Assembly (NCBI GenBank): GCA_963823665.1
Contig: CAWGMQ010000010.1
Span: 384,001-448,000, forward strand
Direction: 5' to 3'
Origin: an uncultured Planctomycetota bacterium
GTDB taxonomy: Bacteria > Planctomycetota > Planctomycetia > Isosphaerales > Isosphaeraceae
DNA length: 64,000 nt
Positions 1-11,253 of this stretch are shown in pieces. Positions within the stretch are counted from its first letter, which is position 1, and each line of letters starts with the position of its first letter. A program made the position numbers and the translations under genes. The notes beneath the pieces are model-generated. The model was not told the DNA's origin and did not search any database. It saw only the letters and a list, made by a program, of their open reading frames with translations.

Positions 1-1130
1 GATACCAGTCGGTCACTGGGTCGAACTCAACGGAGCGACCGAGCAACAGTCCCTGCTTTCGCAGGCTAATAACCTCACTACGGGCCAAGTCAAGGGCTTC
101 ACCCGGCAGGAGCGGGACGGGGTCGCCGGTCTTGGGATCGGTATTGCTTGTCAAGACAGGCCAATGTTCTGAGATGATCGAGAGCACGGGACCGAAAGTG
201 CTGATGTAGAGATCGACTCCCCGAATACCTTCTCGCTCAAACCGCTTCGCAGTTTCACGGGCGGTCTCTCTCACCTGGCCTTTGAGATCGTCCCACCAGG
301 CGGATTCGCCCGAGGCTTCTCTCTTCCGACAAACGAGAAGAATTGTGCTGGCGGCAGCGTTTTTCTTTGCTTGGTGGAGGCTCGCCTCGCTCTCGGTGTG
401 GACTGGCCAGGAAGCATCGATGCGGAAACCGGCACGCATCAACGAAGATCCGAGCGTGTCCCATGCTTGCACTTGTTTGTGAGTGAACATGACGGTCAGC
501 ACACCATCTGGGTGCAAAATCCGGTCCATCTCCTTGAAGCAGGCGAACATCTTGTTCTCGTAGTCCGCAGTCGCCAAGGGCTTGGCTTTCTTGCCCATCG
601 ACTTGAAGCGAGCCGCATTCATTACGGCCTCGTCTTCGTCATTCGTGAGTTCGGACGAGAAAAGGTGAGGGAACTGGTCGCCTAGCGTCCGCTTCATCCA
701 AATGTAGAAGAAGTTGGAGCACTCGGAGTACATCACATTGTCGTAGTACGGCGGATCAACACAGATGCATCGGACTTGTCCCTTGCCCACTTCGCTCATC
801 GCTTGCGCCGGTCCAGTCTCGATTCTCAGGCGATGGACAGGCTGCTGGATTCCTGTTGAGAGCCACGTGTCCTGTGGGAAGGAAGACAGTTTGACCAATC
901 CCTGAGTCGCATCGCAAACCTGAGAAACCGTCCACGGAAGCAGGTTCCGGCTCGAATCAAATTCAGCGAAGCTCCAACGCATGCTGAGGTCATGGCGAGC
1001 GAACGAGTTGACGATCTTGTTCCTCGTGCTATCCCACCGTACCTGTTTGGAGTTGTAGTCGGCTGACTTGCCGATTGCGAGAGTTAGATAGGTTCTGACT
1101 GCGGCGAAGCGATCTGGAGCAAGTTCTCTT

Positions 1131-2685
1131 GCCTCCTCAGCAGAATCTGTGGGTAAATTCTGGCTCAGGCAGGGCGCCAAGGCTGTGATACAAGGCGTTT
1201 TTCACTGCATCGAACGTCCGAAAACCGTACGCCTTTCTCGTCGTCAATTTCACCTTGTTGTTCAGGCCCTCTGCAATGCCTGCGGAAATCGTCCCACGGG
1301 CCTTGAACCAATTCAGGATCAATTCTTCATGGCTGCGAAGCCTTCGAGCCACTTTCTTCATTGGCTCGATCTTTGATCGCATCGTCCTGGTGCACCACTC
1401 GTGCAGAAATCGACTCGCCCAGCCGTGATATTGGTAAGTCCAGAAACGCTGAAAATCCTCCCGCAAAAGATAGCTTCTCACGGACTTTAGGTTGTACTGC
1501 ACCAGTTCGGCCAATCTCACGGTCTGCTTCTTTGTTAGGTTCTCCGGCCGCTTCAGCAGGCACCATCGCGCCCGTTTCAGGACTGGCTCGTAGCCATCTC
1601 GCTTCAGCCGGCGCGCTTCCTCGGCACGTACTTCGTCGATCGCCTTATTCATCGCTTGCATGATGTGAAAGCGGTCGAGCACGTGGATCGCGCCAGAAAC
1701 CTCTTGGGCCAGCACGTTGAGGTACGGTTTCCACATATCGCTGCATAGATAGCGGATCGAGTTCTTGGTTCTCGTCGGTTATGGTTTGGAAAAAGCCACG
1801 CAGGCTTTCCTCCGTCCGGTCCAACCCAATCCAGAGCAACCGCCTGAACCCAGCGTCAATCTGGTAAACCAGCGTCAGGTAATGATGGCCCCTTTGCCAC
1901 TGCACTTCGTCTACAGCGATGGCCTTGATTCCGGTCATCGTCCGTCTCGCCAAGCCCCATGCGACTGCATACTCGACCGAGCGGTACACAGTTTCCCAGG
2001 TAGTATGGAATATCAAGGCGACTTCCAGCCACGAGAGCCGCTTGGCCCAACCGGCTAGAAACCATCGGTAGGCCGTAGTCACCGGGCTCTTGCCGTCACT
2101 CCACGGGACCTCTTCGACGATCACACCGCACTTCGGGCAGTCAACGCGCCTCATTGCGTAGACAAAGAACACAGCGATCTGCCACAGCGGCACGAACTCG
2201 AACCTTCGTACAGGTAGTTGATCATACCCGGCTCGCTTACGGTGGCACCCGGAGCAAACAGCTCGGCTGTTGCGGCGGGCTTCAATTTCTACCTCCAAGG
2301 CAAGTTGCTTTCCTTTCGAGACCAAACTTACCTTGCCGTACACGAAGGACTTTTGCGGTGCAATGCGATTGAGGATAGTCTTGAGGAGCATCGTGTGGGG
2401 CCTCTCGATTGGGATGGTCTTGGTAACCCTTCCCTAACCGACGGCCGCGCACGATGCACTACCCTACCTTCTTCAAAAAAACCTTTCTCAAGAACGAGTC
2501 CGCGAAGAGCTATTTAAAACTGAACCATCAAATGTGAACTTCGCCTACCCCTCCCGCCTTCACCTTCGCTTCGCCCTCAACCTAGCAGGGCGGACCGAAT
2601 GTGAAGGTGGGAGGGAGAACCCTCCTGTCGAGCCCGAGCCGAGCTGCTGCATCGTTTTTCAACCCACAAATTCTGCCGAAGACCC
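1131..2685 (-). mobile_element. ISL3-family insertion sequence (1555 bp)
   Basis: 8-bp TSD GTTCTCTT at 1123-1130 and 2686-2693. Imperfect terminal IRs GCCTCCTCAGCAGAATCTGTGGGT / GGGTCTTCGGCAGAATTTGTGGGT. Encodes an ISL3 transposase. Confidence 0.95.
1137..2391 (-). CDS. ISL3 transposase (one +1 frameshift near 1765)
   Basis: ORFs 1645..2391 (zinc-finger CxxC pairs, AIAVDEV) and 1137..1736 (DMWKPY, LDRFHI, EGLNNKVK..RKAYGFR) join into a typical ISL3 DDE transposase. Confidence 0.9.
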
Positions 2686-3990
2686 GTTCTCTTTTTGCAC
2701 TCTCGGTAGCCTCTTTCAGTGTTTCGGTCAACGTGGTGAATGAAAGGAGTTGTCGTGGCGAGTAGGTGTCACACCATCGATTCGCCCCATAGATCTGGCA
2801 GGCCCAATCCGCTCGACCCTCTCGGCGTGGCTCTTCGGGGATCATGCCCTGCGCTTCCCAAGTATTCCATTTTGTCTTGACCTCCTGCTCTGCCCGCTTG
2901 ACGGCTTGCTCGTCGGCATCAGTTGGCGCACGGAACGAAAAGTCGCCGTCCCTCTTGATTCCCAAGGCGTAGAGTTGCTGCCCCATTCGTCCCGCTTGGG
3001 CTTCAGACTTGATGTAATCGCCGTCGATCGTGTCTCCCGTCCACGGGCTCAGGCCGGTGCCACGCTTGACGGTGCCCCTGTCGGGGATCACTTTCTTGCA
3101 AGCAGCCGCACCACGAACGATCTCGAAACGGCACCGATCCGACTTCGGGTCAGCGATGACATTGACCGCCATAGGCGCAGTGCCCTTTCGTAGCCACCAG
3201 TTCGGTGACAACGGCACCTGCTTTCCCGTCTCGGGGCATGCGACGGTGCGAGCCCAGAGGTAGCAGAAGATGTTCTCGTCAGATTTTGCGAGCGGGAAGT
3301 AGGGCTCAAGCCGTTCTCGAACTCGCTCGGCCCAGATCTTGCCGTACTTCCTGATGTTCTCGACCAGTGACGGACCAAAGCGGGCGGGGAAATCGAGGGT
3401 CGCCTTTAGAATCACGCTGGCGACGGGATTCAACTCGTTGGCATGGACAGTGAGTCCGTAGCGAAGAGCCTCGAACGGGATCGAACCGCCTCCCGACATC
3501 GGATCGCAAAAGGTAATCTCCCGAGATCCCCAGGTCCATTCCAGTAGGTCGTAGAGCTGCTCTAGCTGCTCCTCACTCGGGTTGATAGTAAAAGCACGAG
3601 CGTAACCGTACGGATTGACCTTGAGCTTTATGTTCCCCTTCTTCGCCCACTCGACGAGCTTCTTTCCAGCTATGGGGTCGCCCAAGATACCAATCAGACG
3701 GATGAACCATGCCTTATAGCTATCGAATTCGGGGAACAACGATCGAAACCGATCCGGCCACGGACGGCCATCCGAGGCTTCGTCTGTGGGATATGCGGGC
3801 AACAGACTCGCCAGGATTGCCGCCCGGCTCACCGTCAACGGACGCCGAGCCCACCAGACGTGAAGGAAATAGAGGGGCGGTAGCGCCGAGGACGCTCCCC
3901 GCTCCCGCATGCACTCGGCACCGATCGCCTCGATGGGGAGCCACTGTTCGATAAGGAGCTTGGGTGAAGTACCTGACATAATTTCTTCTA

Positions 3991-5766
3991 TCACGCTACT
4001 GGTGTTGGTTTCATTTCGAGGTCTTCTATTGCTTTCAGGACTTCCCGATGTCGGACCTCGAATGCGGGGAGTGAGTACGGTTCAAGGGCCTTGTCGTATT
4101 GTTCCAGGGCTTTCTCTTTGTCACTCCTCTGTGCGTAGATGTCGCCGATCGACTTATAGGACTCTCCCATGAACATCACGCTTCTGGGCGTCTGGATGAA
4201 TTGGGCGACCGCAAGATCGTATTCGATGAGGGCATCATCATCTCTGGCGAGCCTTCTGAGGCTGTGACCCTTGAAGAGATGCAACCTCCCTAAGTCCATC
4301 GGATCTCTCGCTACGCCTTCCGCTCGAGATTCTGCTTCGAGCAGACGATCGAGCACTTCGAGGGGAGGACGCTCTGCATGGAGCGAGGCGACTGCGAGAT
4401 TGAATCTCGGCGTGAAGTTGCTCGGACCAATCTCGACGGCCTTCCGATTCGCTTCGATTGCCTGCTCGTATCGGCCAACGTGGTCGTAGAGAAATCCTAG
4501 ATTTGTCCAAGTGAAGAAATCGTTAGATCCGAGTCGGATAGCCTTCTCATAGTAAGAGATTGAATCGTCCACCCGACCCCCTCGCATCAGTTCGCTCGCT
4601 TTGAACTGAATCCTGGCCAGTAAGTCGCCATGGAAGAGTTCGAGCAGTTCGGGGTCGGATTTAAGGAGTTCCAATACTGATAACCGGCGAATCTCCCCTC
4701 CAGGCGACTCCGATTGTCTCTTGTTGATTTTTAGGTGGCCCAATCGCCGTAGACCATCATTGTCAGTTTTTCCGCTGATAATCCGAGGAATCCAACCCCC
4801 ACCATGGCGGTCGTAGCGCCGTAACCATACCTCACCACTACCACTGTCCAGATCGATTCGGACGAAGCTGTAGCCGTTTTCTCTATCGGAACGATCATAA
4901 CAAGCGGCTGAGGCGATCCTCACGTGTCCGTCCGAGGAATGATGGACCCATGCCTGATGTTCGTGGCCGTGGAGACAAAAAGCAAAGTCCTTCTCGATCT
5001 CCTGGAAAATGAGCGGATCTTCATCTGCTCTAAACCAGTTGACTGGATGGTGTATCAGAGCGATCGAGAATTGAACCTCATCAAGCTGTCCGAGCAAGTT
5101 CTCGATTTGCCACCTGCCCCCTAGCCATAGCTTCGCCTTTTCATCTTCACGGCAACACGACCAAGCCGAGTTGAGTCCTGCAATGCCAACCTTGATTCCA
5201 TGGAACTCCCTGATGTTTGCATAGGTAACTCTGTCCTGGTCTAACAAGAGATGGGCGTAACCAGCTTCTTGAAGAAATGATTTATAAGAAAATAGCCTCT
5301 CCATGTATCGTTGCAACTGGAGGCCGTTTTCGTTCAGCATCCTCTCGATGGGATCAACCTCTTTTTGATTATCCAGCCATTCCGTCTGTTCTGGTGTCAC
5401 CTCGTTGCGGTTCACATCGTGATTACCCGGTATCAGGAAAACATTTGACACTGAGATCGGCCTGCTAAATGAATTACGCACGCTTTCTAAGAAAAGCTGA
5501 GCATCACTGAATTGATCGGCGATCGACTCCCCACGTTTCGTCCCGACGTTCCCGTATGCCAGATCCCCTGTGAAGAATATGAGATCCGGTAGCAGACCAT
5601 AGCGATCTTCCATGCTCTTCAGGTCAGGAACGAGAGTCTTGAGCACTCGTCGAGCATCCCAGCCAGTCCGAGGCAGGCAAGTGTGCAGGTCGGAGAGGTG
5701 AAGCCAAGTCAGAGTTCTAGCCATTACGATCTGCTCCCCAATGAGCGCTTCAATCGCCCGAATCAC
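3991..5766 (-). CDS. Calcineurin-like metallophosphoesterase fused to C-terminal TPR repeats
   Basis: Motifs LHLSDLH, FTGDL, PGNHD, IHHP, LHGHEH. TPR-like helical repeats (WTNLGFLYDHVGRYEQAIEANRKA). Confidence 0.85.
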   Translation of the reverse strand: MIRAIEALIGEQIVMARTLTWLHLSDLHTCLPRTGWDARRVLKTLVPDLKSMEDRYGLLPDLIFFTGDLAYGNVGTKRGESIADQFSDAQLFLESVRNSFSRPISVSNVFLIPGNHDVNRNEVTPEQTEWLDNQKEVDPIERMLNENGLQLQRYMERLFSYKSFLQEAGYAHLLLDQDRVTYANIREFHGIKVGIAGLNSAWSCCREDEKAKLWLGGRWQIENLLGQLDEVQFSIALIHHPVNWFRADEDPLIFQEIEKDFAFCLHGHEHQAWVHHSSDGHVRIASAACYDRSDRENGYSFVRIDLDSGSGEVWLRRYDRHGGGWIPRIISGKTDNDGLRRLGHLKINKRQSESPGGEIRRLSVLELLKSDPELLELFHGDLLARIQFKASELMRGGRVDDSISYYEKAIRLGSNDFFTWTNLGFLYDHVGRYEQAIEANRKAVEIGPSNFTPRFNLAVASLHAERPPLEVLDRLLEAESRAEGVARDPMDLGRLHLFKGHSLRRLARDDDALIEYDLAVAQFIQTPRSVMFMGESYKSIGDIYAQRSDKEKALEQYDKALEPYSLPAFEVRHREVLKAIEDLEMKPTPVA

Positions 5767-6206
5767 TCCTCAGCCAGCAACAGCCGCATCGCCTTTTGTG
5801 CTCGCCGCCCGGTGTTTGCCGAGGTCGTCTTGCTGAACCAGTAGTAAGCTTCTTCGTCTGTCATCCCCTGTACGTGCTCGGAGATGTCGCCCATTCGGTT
5901 GGTCTTGCGCAACGGCTTCACTGCCAGGAACAGGAGCCCCAGGCGCACGCCAACGTTCTCGTTCAGATGGAATGGTTTCTCCCGACTGCGTGACAGGTCG
6001 GATGCCTTGTAGCCTGCCTTCTTGATCGTTGCCAAGACCTGATCGAGCACTGCCTTCATCGGCTGACCGTGGACCCGGACAACTAGCCGCCATTCTTCGA
6101 CCTTGCCGCTCCGGTCGAGGTCACGGTGGGGCTTTTGGAAAAGGGCGAGCCCGTAGTGAGAATCGCCGTTGGGTTGAACTCGTAACTCAAACGCCTCGTC
6201 AGCCAT
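5763..6206 (-). CDS. Small accessory protein of DUF499/DUF1156 operons (DUF3780-like position)
   Basis: GVRLGLLFLAVKPL...EEAYYWFSK motif. Its ATG overlaps the downstream DUF499 stop (ATGGCTGA at 6199-6206). Confidence 0.65.
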   Translation of the reverse strand: MADEAFELRVQPNGDSHYGLALFQKPHRDLDRSGKVEEWRLVVRVHGQPMKAVLDQVLATIKKAGYKASDLSRSREKPFHLNENVGVRLGLLFLAVKPLRKTNRMGDISEHVQGMTDEEAYYWFSKTTSANTGRRAQKAMRLLLAEE

Positions 6207-9200
6207 CACTCGTCTCCGGATTCGCCGGAACGGCCTCAACGGCAATCTTGCCAATGCTCAGGCTTTCGAGCACGTCTCGGATCATGGTGAACTGGTCGCC
6301 GCCCACAACTAGGTCCGAGTCGAATTCCGCTCGAAGAACGAGTTTCACGTTTGCGTTCGATGCTTCCTTGCTGAGTTCGTCTGTCAGCGTCTTCACCCGC
6401 TTGTACCGGTCTCACGACCCGGCGAAGGTCACCTTGAAACTCTCGCCGTTGCCAAATTCCAGGACCATGTTCTGATCCAGGGTGAACTTTGCTTTGCCCA
6501 TCTGCGGAATTGCCAGACCAAGTGACCGCACGGCGGTTGCGGCGTTCTTTCCCGGACCCTCGACCCTGATGAACAGCCGCTTCAAGCCCTTGATCTTCTT
6601 ATCGTGGCACTTGTCAGCAATTGCCTGAAACGTCTGGGCTGGGGTTCCATCCACAGTGATGCGGGTCAGGTTCTCGCCGTGGTCATCGTCGTCATCGTCG
6701 TCGCAGACGCAGGGGAATTGACCGCAGACAGGACACTTCTCATCGACGACCGTCTCCCCTTTGATCTTTATACCGACACGCTGAGCTTCCTCGGGCGTGT
6801 AGAGGGTGACGTTATCGCTGATCTCGACAAGCGGGGCGGGTGACACGGTGCCGTATCCAATCTCTTCCTCAGAGGGGTAATAGATCCAGATTCCTTTTGT
6901 CACACCGTCCTTGACGGTTTTCTTGAGTTGGTTGATGTCGAGCAGCATCTTTAGCCCGAGCCGCTGGGCGAAGGCTCGGCGCAATTCTTCCGTAGTCAGG
7001 GAGGGCGTGTTCGTGGGCCACGCCTTCGCCTTGAGGTACTGCGGGTTTAGAGGGTTGTCGTCGGCGGTGAGGACTTTATCGAGGCTCTTCAACACTCGCA
7101 GGAGCACGGTGGTTTGGTCGGTATCGACCTCACCTTGGTCAGCGGGCTGAAGCAGGTGGTGCGCAAGGTTGCCGTTCTTCTTAGGGGCATCGGCAGACGG
7201 GTAGTAGAGGTGCCGGTACGCCTTCGTGATGGCGACCCGAAGGTCGAGTTCCGCTGCCTCAGCCATCTTCTTGAGCTTGCCGACCTGCTCCTTGTTGAAC
7301 TCCATCATGCGATCTTGGTCGCTGACGATCCGGTGGACAGCGAGGTAACGTTGGGCAACCTCAATCATCCGTTCGACCTGATCGGCGTCGGCCAAAAGGA
7401 AGACGAGATTGTTCTTGTAGGTGCGGTATTCCTCCAAGCTCCCCTTGTGCTCGAAGAGCTTGAGAACGATGTCGGGGGGCGGGCTGGTCTGGGTCGCTTT
7501 CACGCTGGAGGCGTCGTAATGGATGACGCCTAGCTTCGGGGCCGCAGCATCGTCATCCAGGTCCATTGCTTCGGTCGGGAAGAAGGTCGGCGTGAAGATC
7601 CCCTTCTTCCACACTTTACGAATGCGGTCGTCGAGTTCCGACTTCGCCTTGACCTTGCCCACCAACCCCATCTCGTCATCGACGATCTTGCGGAGCGATG
7701 GCTCGGTCTTAAAGCGGTAACGAATTCCGTCGTAGTCGAAGAACCAGCAGCGATCCAGGAGACGCTGCATCGCCTTGTCGATGAGGGCGGGGTCGTCACC
7801 CGGTTGGAGCACGGCCAGCCGAAGGTCACCCGGCTCGACGCCGCTCTGCCCTGTCTGGACAATGCTGTGCAGGAACGCCGCCGTTGCGACCCGCTGCGCA
7901 TACGGCGGTTTGCCTGCCTCTATCCAATCTCGATCGATCTCTTGAGCATGCGAAAGCGACCCCTGACGGGGGCTCACGATGTCGGCTTCGATGACCTGCT
8001 TGAATTGCGGTCGATCCAGGCGGCTGGTGAGGTCGTTCGCCGTCTGATCCGTCCCGAGGCTCAGTTGATTTGGGCCAATCAGAAAGCAGTCATCCGGCCG
8101 GTTCTGCCAGAGGTCACGGATCGTTTGAGCCAAAAGTCGAAGCACACCACGAGTCTTCTGGAAGTTGGGGATCGTCGACGTCTTGCGGTTTAGCGTTGTG
8201 AGCAACTCGGGGTGGAACGGGTAGTCCTGAACAATCTCGGCTTCGTACTCGGAGCGGGTCGCCCGTTGTGGCAAGTCGGCTCCCTGCTCGATCATCTTGG
8301 CGAAATAACGCACGTACTCTTCACCGACTTGTTCGGCTGCCCCGTGGTTCAGGCTAACGAACATTCGGTGGCTAACGATGGCGCTGATCTCGTTTTCGGC
8401 AGTGGGCGTCAGGATGTGCTCCTGCCGGGACGACACGCTTCGAGCCTCGGCAAGCTCCTCCCGCAGTTCGTCGGTCTCCTTGCCGAAGGCATCGGACGAG
8501 TCTGTTAGCGTGTAGACCAAAACAGCCCGCTGGCTCTCGGCTGCGAACTTGATGAGCGACATAAGGAAAGCCACAGTCTGCTTCGCCAGACTGGTGGAGC
8601 CCACGATTGTGCCTTTCGCTGCCCGCAGATAGGCGGCGATCTCATCGATCATGATCAGGGCGGGCTCGTCGCCGATCAGCTTCTCCCACACCTGGGTGCC
8701 CGGCGTGGTGCGCTGTTCGTCGCTCTTTCGCACAATGTCGTAACCCGCCTTTCCCCCAATCTGGTAGGCGATGTCTCCCCAGATGGTGTACGTCCTGACG
8801 GTCCCATGATCGATCCCGTTAGCCACATCCATATCGGGACCGACGATCCCGGCGATCTTCTTGACCGGCTGTCCGGGAAGTAATTCGGACGACACGAAGC
8901 GAGCTACCGCCTTGGGAGCGATCCCGCCACGGCAGAGATGGAGCAAAGCAATCAGATTGTGGGTTTTGCCGCCACCGAAGCTCGTTTCGAGACGGATGAT
9001 CGGGGCGTTCGACGGTTTCATGGCGGTCAACCGACCAAGGGCTTCCCCGAGCAGGGATTTCAGACCGCCTGTCGGATACGTATTCGCAAAAAACTTGGGC
9101 GGATCACCATAGACTTCGTCAGCTTCGTTGCGCAGTACCTTGGTGAGCGAGGCAGCGAATTGCTGTTCCCGCAACTCGCCCTTGAGCACCTCATCACGAG

Positions 9201-9228
9201 GTTTGCATGTCTCGAAGATTGTCTTCAA
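6199..9228 (-). pseudogene. DUF499-family AAA+ ATPase with an in-frame premature TGA at 6412-6414
   Basis: Walker A TSFGGGKTH, Walker B IMIDE, YPFHP, FQKTRGVLRLLA. ORF 6199..6396 continues in the same frame after FAGS*DRYKRVK. Confidence 0.85.
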
Positions 9229-9387
9229 GGACGTAGCCCTAAATCCTTATTCTGAACAGTCGTTCGACGACTCTGGTGGCGATCTGCGACCGAGCCCATA
9301 TTGTCCTAGAATGCCAAACAGCGAGTCTCGCACGCCGGTCAAGGTCCAGCAAGAGCCTACTGAACAAATGAGACCGGGGCGTTTAGA

Positions 9388-9645
9388 ATGGTGGAGATGA
9401 AGGACCCGAACGTGGTCGAAGTGTCGAAAGTTACGCCGATGGACGATCTCGAAGTGCGAAAGGGAGAAGCCATGCTGAAAGTGCTGCCTCTGATGCCGCA
9501 CACAACGGCAAAACACTTGTTGCTGAGACGCAACCTTGATCGCTGGTTCCCGATTTTTGGAAACCATGAGAAGGCAACTATCTACCTCGTTGATTTTGCG
9601 GGTCCAGGAGAACTCCTGATTGGCGATGGGTCCTCGTCATTCTGA
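9388..9645 (+). pseudogene. Truncated fragment resembling the N-terminus of three-Cys-motif partner (TcmP-like) proteins
   Basis: HTTAKHLLL..NLDRWFPI...YLVDFAGPG resembles the HT-x-K-H...Y-x-D-x-FAGPG start of that family, then stops. Confidence 0.4.
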
Positions 9646-11253
9646 TATGGTCGCCTATACTCTTGGAGCCGAACAATGGATCTCGATGTAAAGGGCAAAG
9701 TGAGCAATACGAAGCTGCCTTTGTCCAACGGCTTATATCCGGTGTTTGAGGCGATCAGCAATTCGATTCATGCGATTGAAGAGAACCAAGGAGAAAAAGG
9801 GTTTAATCGAGGTCGAGGTTGTCCGGGAGACGCCGCTTCGAGGGCTCTATGGCGGCGACACATCAACGAACCTGCCTATTTCCGGCTTTGTGGTTCAGGA
9901 CAACGGCGTCGGTTTCAATGATGCAAACTTCAAGTCCTTCGAGACATCCGATAGTACGAGGAAAAAGACCAAGGGTGGTAAGGGCGTGGGGCGATTCTTG
10001 TGGTTGAAAGCCTTCGACCGGGTGAAGGTCGAAAGCGTATTTGACCGGGACGGTACATTCTTCAAGCGTAGCTTTGAGTTTCAGTTGACAGAAAAAGGAG
10101 TCGACAAGGAAAAAGTCGGAAAAACGGATGCTACGTCCCGCAAAACAACGATCTGGCTGACCGGCTTCAAGTCTGAGTTCCGACAACATCAGAGTTGCCC
10201 GAAATCCGCTGTGACCATTGCCCGCCGCATCGTTGAGCATTTTCTGGAATCGTTCATTCTCGATACCTGCCCGAAGATTAGAGTACGTGACGATACCGAG
10301 CAAATCGACCTCGACCTGAACCACCTCTTCAAGTCTGAAATGAGGCTCGACATTGCTGCCAGAGACTTTCAAGTCAAGGGGCAGAAGTTCCACATCACCC
10401 ACGTCCGCCTGCTTGTTCCGCAAGAGTTGCAACACTCGCTTGCTTTCTGCGCCCACAAACGCTCAGTAAAGACGGAAGTGTTATCGAAGACCCTGCCGAA
10501 CCTCGAAACCGCCCTGACTGACCCTGAAGGCGAGAATAAGTTCATCTACGCCGGATATGTGTCGGGGACGCTGCTCGATAGTTGTGTGAACTCGGAAAGA
10601 ACACGATTTGACATACTCGACGAGACGACTAATACCTTGCTTGCGAACGAATTGGGTTGGCAAGACATCCTGGATGCTGCCGTAGCCAAGGCGAATGACT
10701 TTCTGGAACCGTTCACCCGACCACTTAACGAGGCGAAGAAAGAACGCATCAAGGAGTTTGTTGCCACTGAAGCGCCACAGTACCGTCCGCTTCTCAAGCA
10801 CAAGGCCCAACAGATTGACTCACTACGGTCGAATCTGACGAACGAACAGCTTGACGTTGAACTCTATCGCATCGGGCAGGGATGGGACCTAGAGCTTCGT
10901 GCCAAGTATCGAGAACCTCCTAGCCGAAAACGATGAGAAGGCCACGTCACAAGAAGAGTTTCGCCAACGTTACGAACGATTTCTCGAAGAATGGAACGAG
11001 TCTGGGATTTCAAAGCTGGCACGATATGTTGTGCACCGAAAAGCGACGTTGGATTTCCTCGATGAGCGCCGAGGAGTAAAGGAAAATAACAAATACCATC
11101 TTGAAGACGCCATTCACGAGATCGTGTTCCCCCTCAAGATGACAGCGGGCGCTCAAAACCAGCCACCATGGGGCGCTTCAAAACCAGCCACTAATGAGGA
11201 GACGCGGATTCGACATGTAGGCTTTCGGGAGACCCCTTTCCTGGAGCCGCACC

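Larger units (their letters stand above)
1..3979 (-). pseudogene. DUF1156-family adenine-specific DNA methyltransferase, interrupted by ISL3 (1131-2685); runs off the left edge
   Basis: N-terminal part has LHVWWARRPL and DPMSGGGSIPFEA (SAM-binding). Removing the IS and one TSD copy restores the frame ...SAKRE-LAPDRFAAVRTYL..., which leads to catalytic CICVDPPYYD (~740-770) and stays open to position 1. Confidence 0.9.

Noticed and set aside
2582..2685. C-terminal 'RVFGRICGLK...' of ORF 2582..3994
   Set aside because: Read-through into the ISL3 end, not part of the native methylase.
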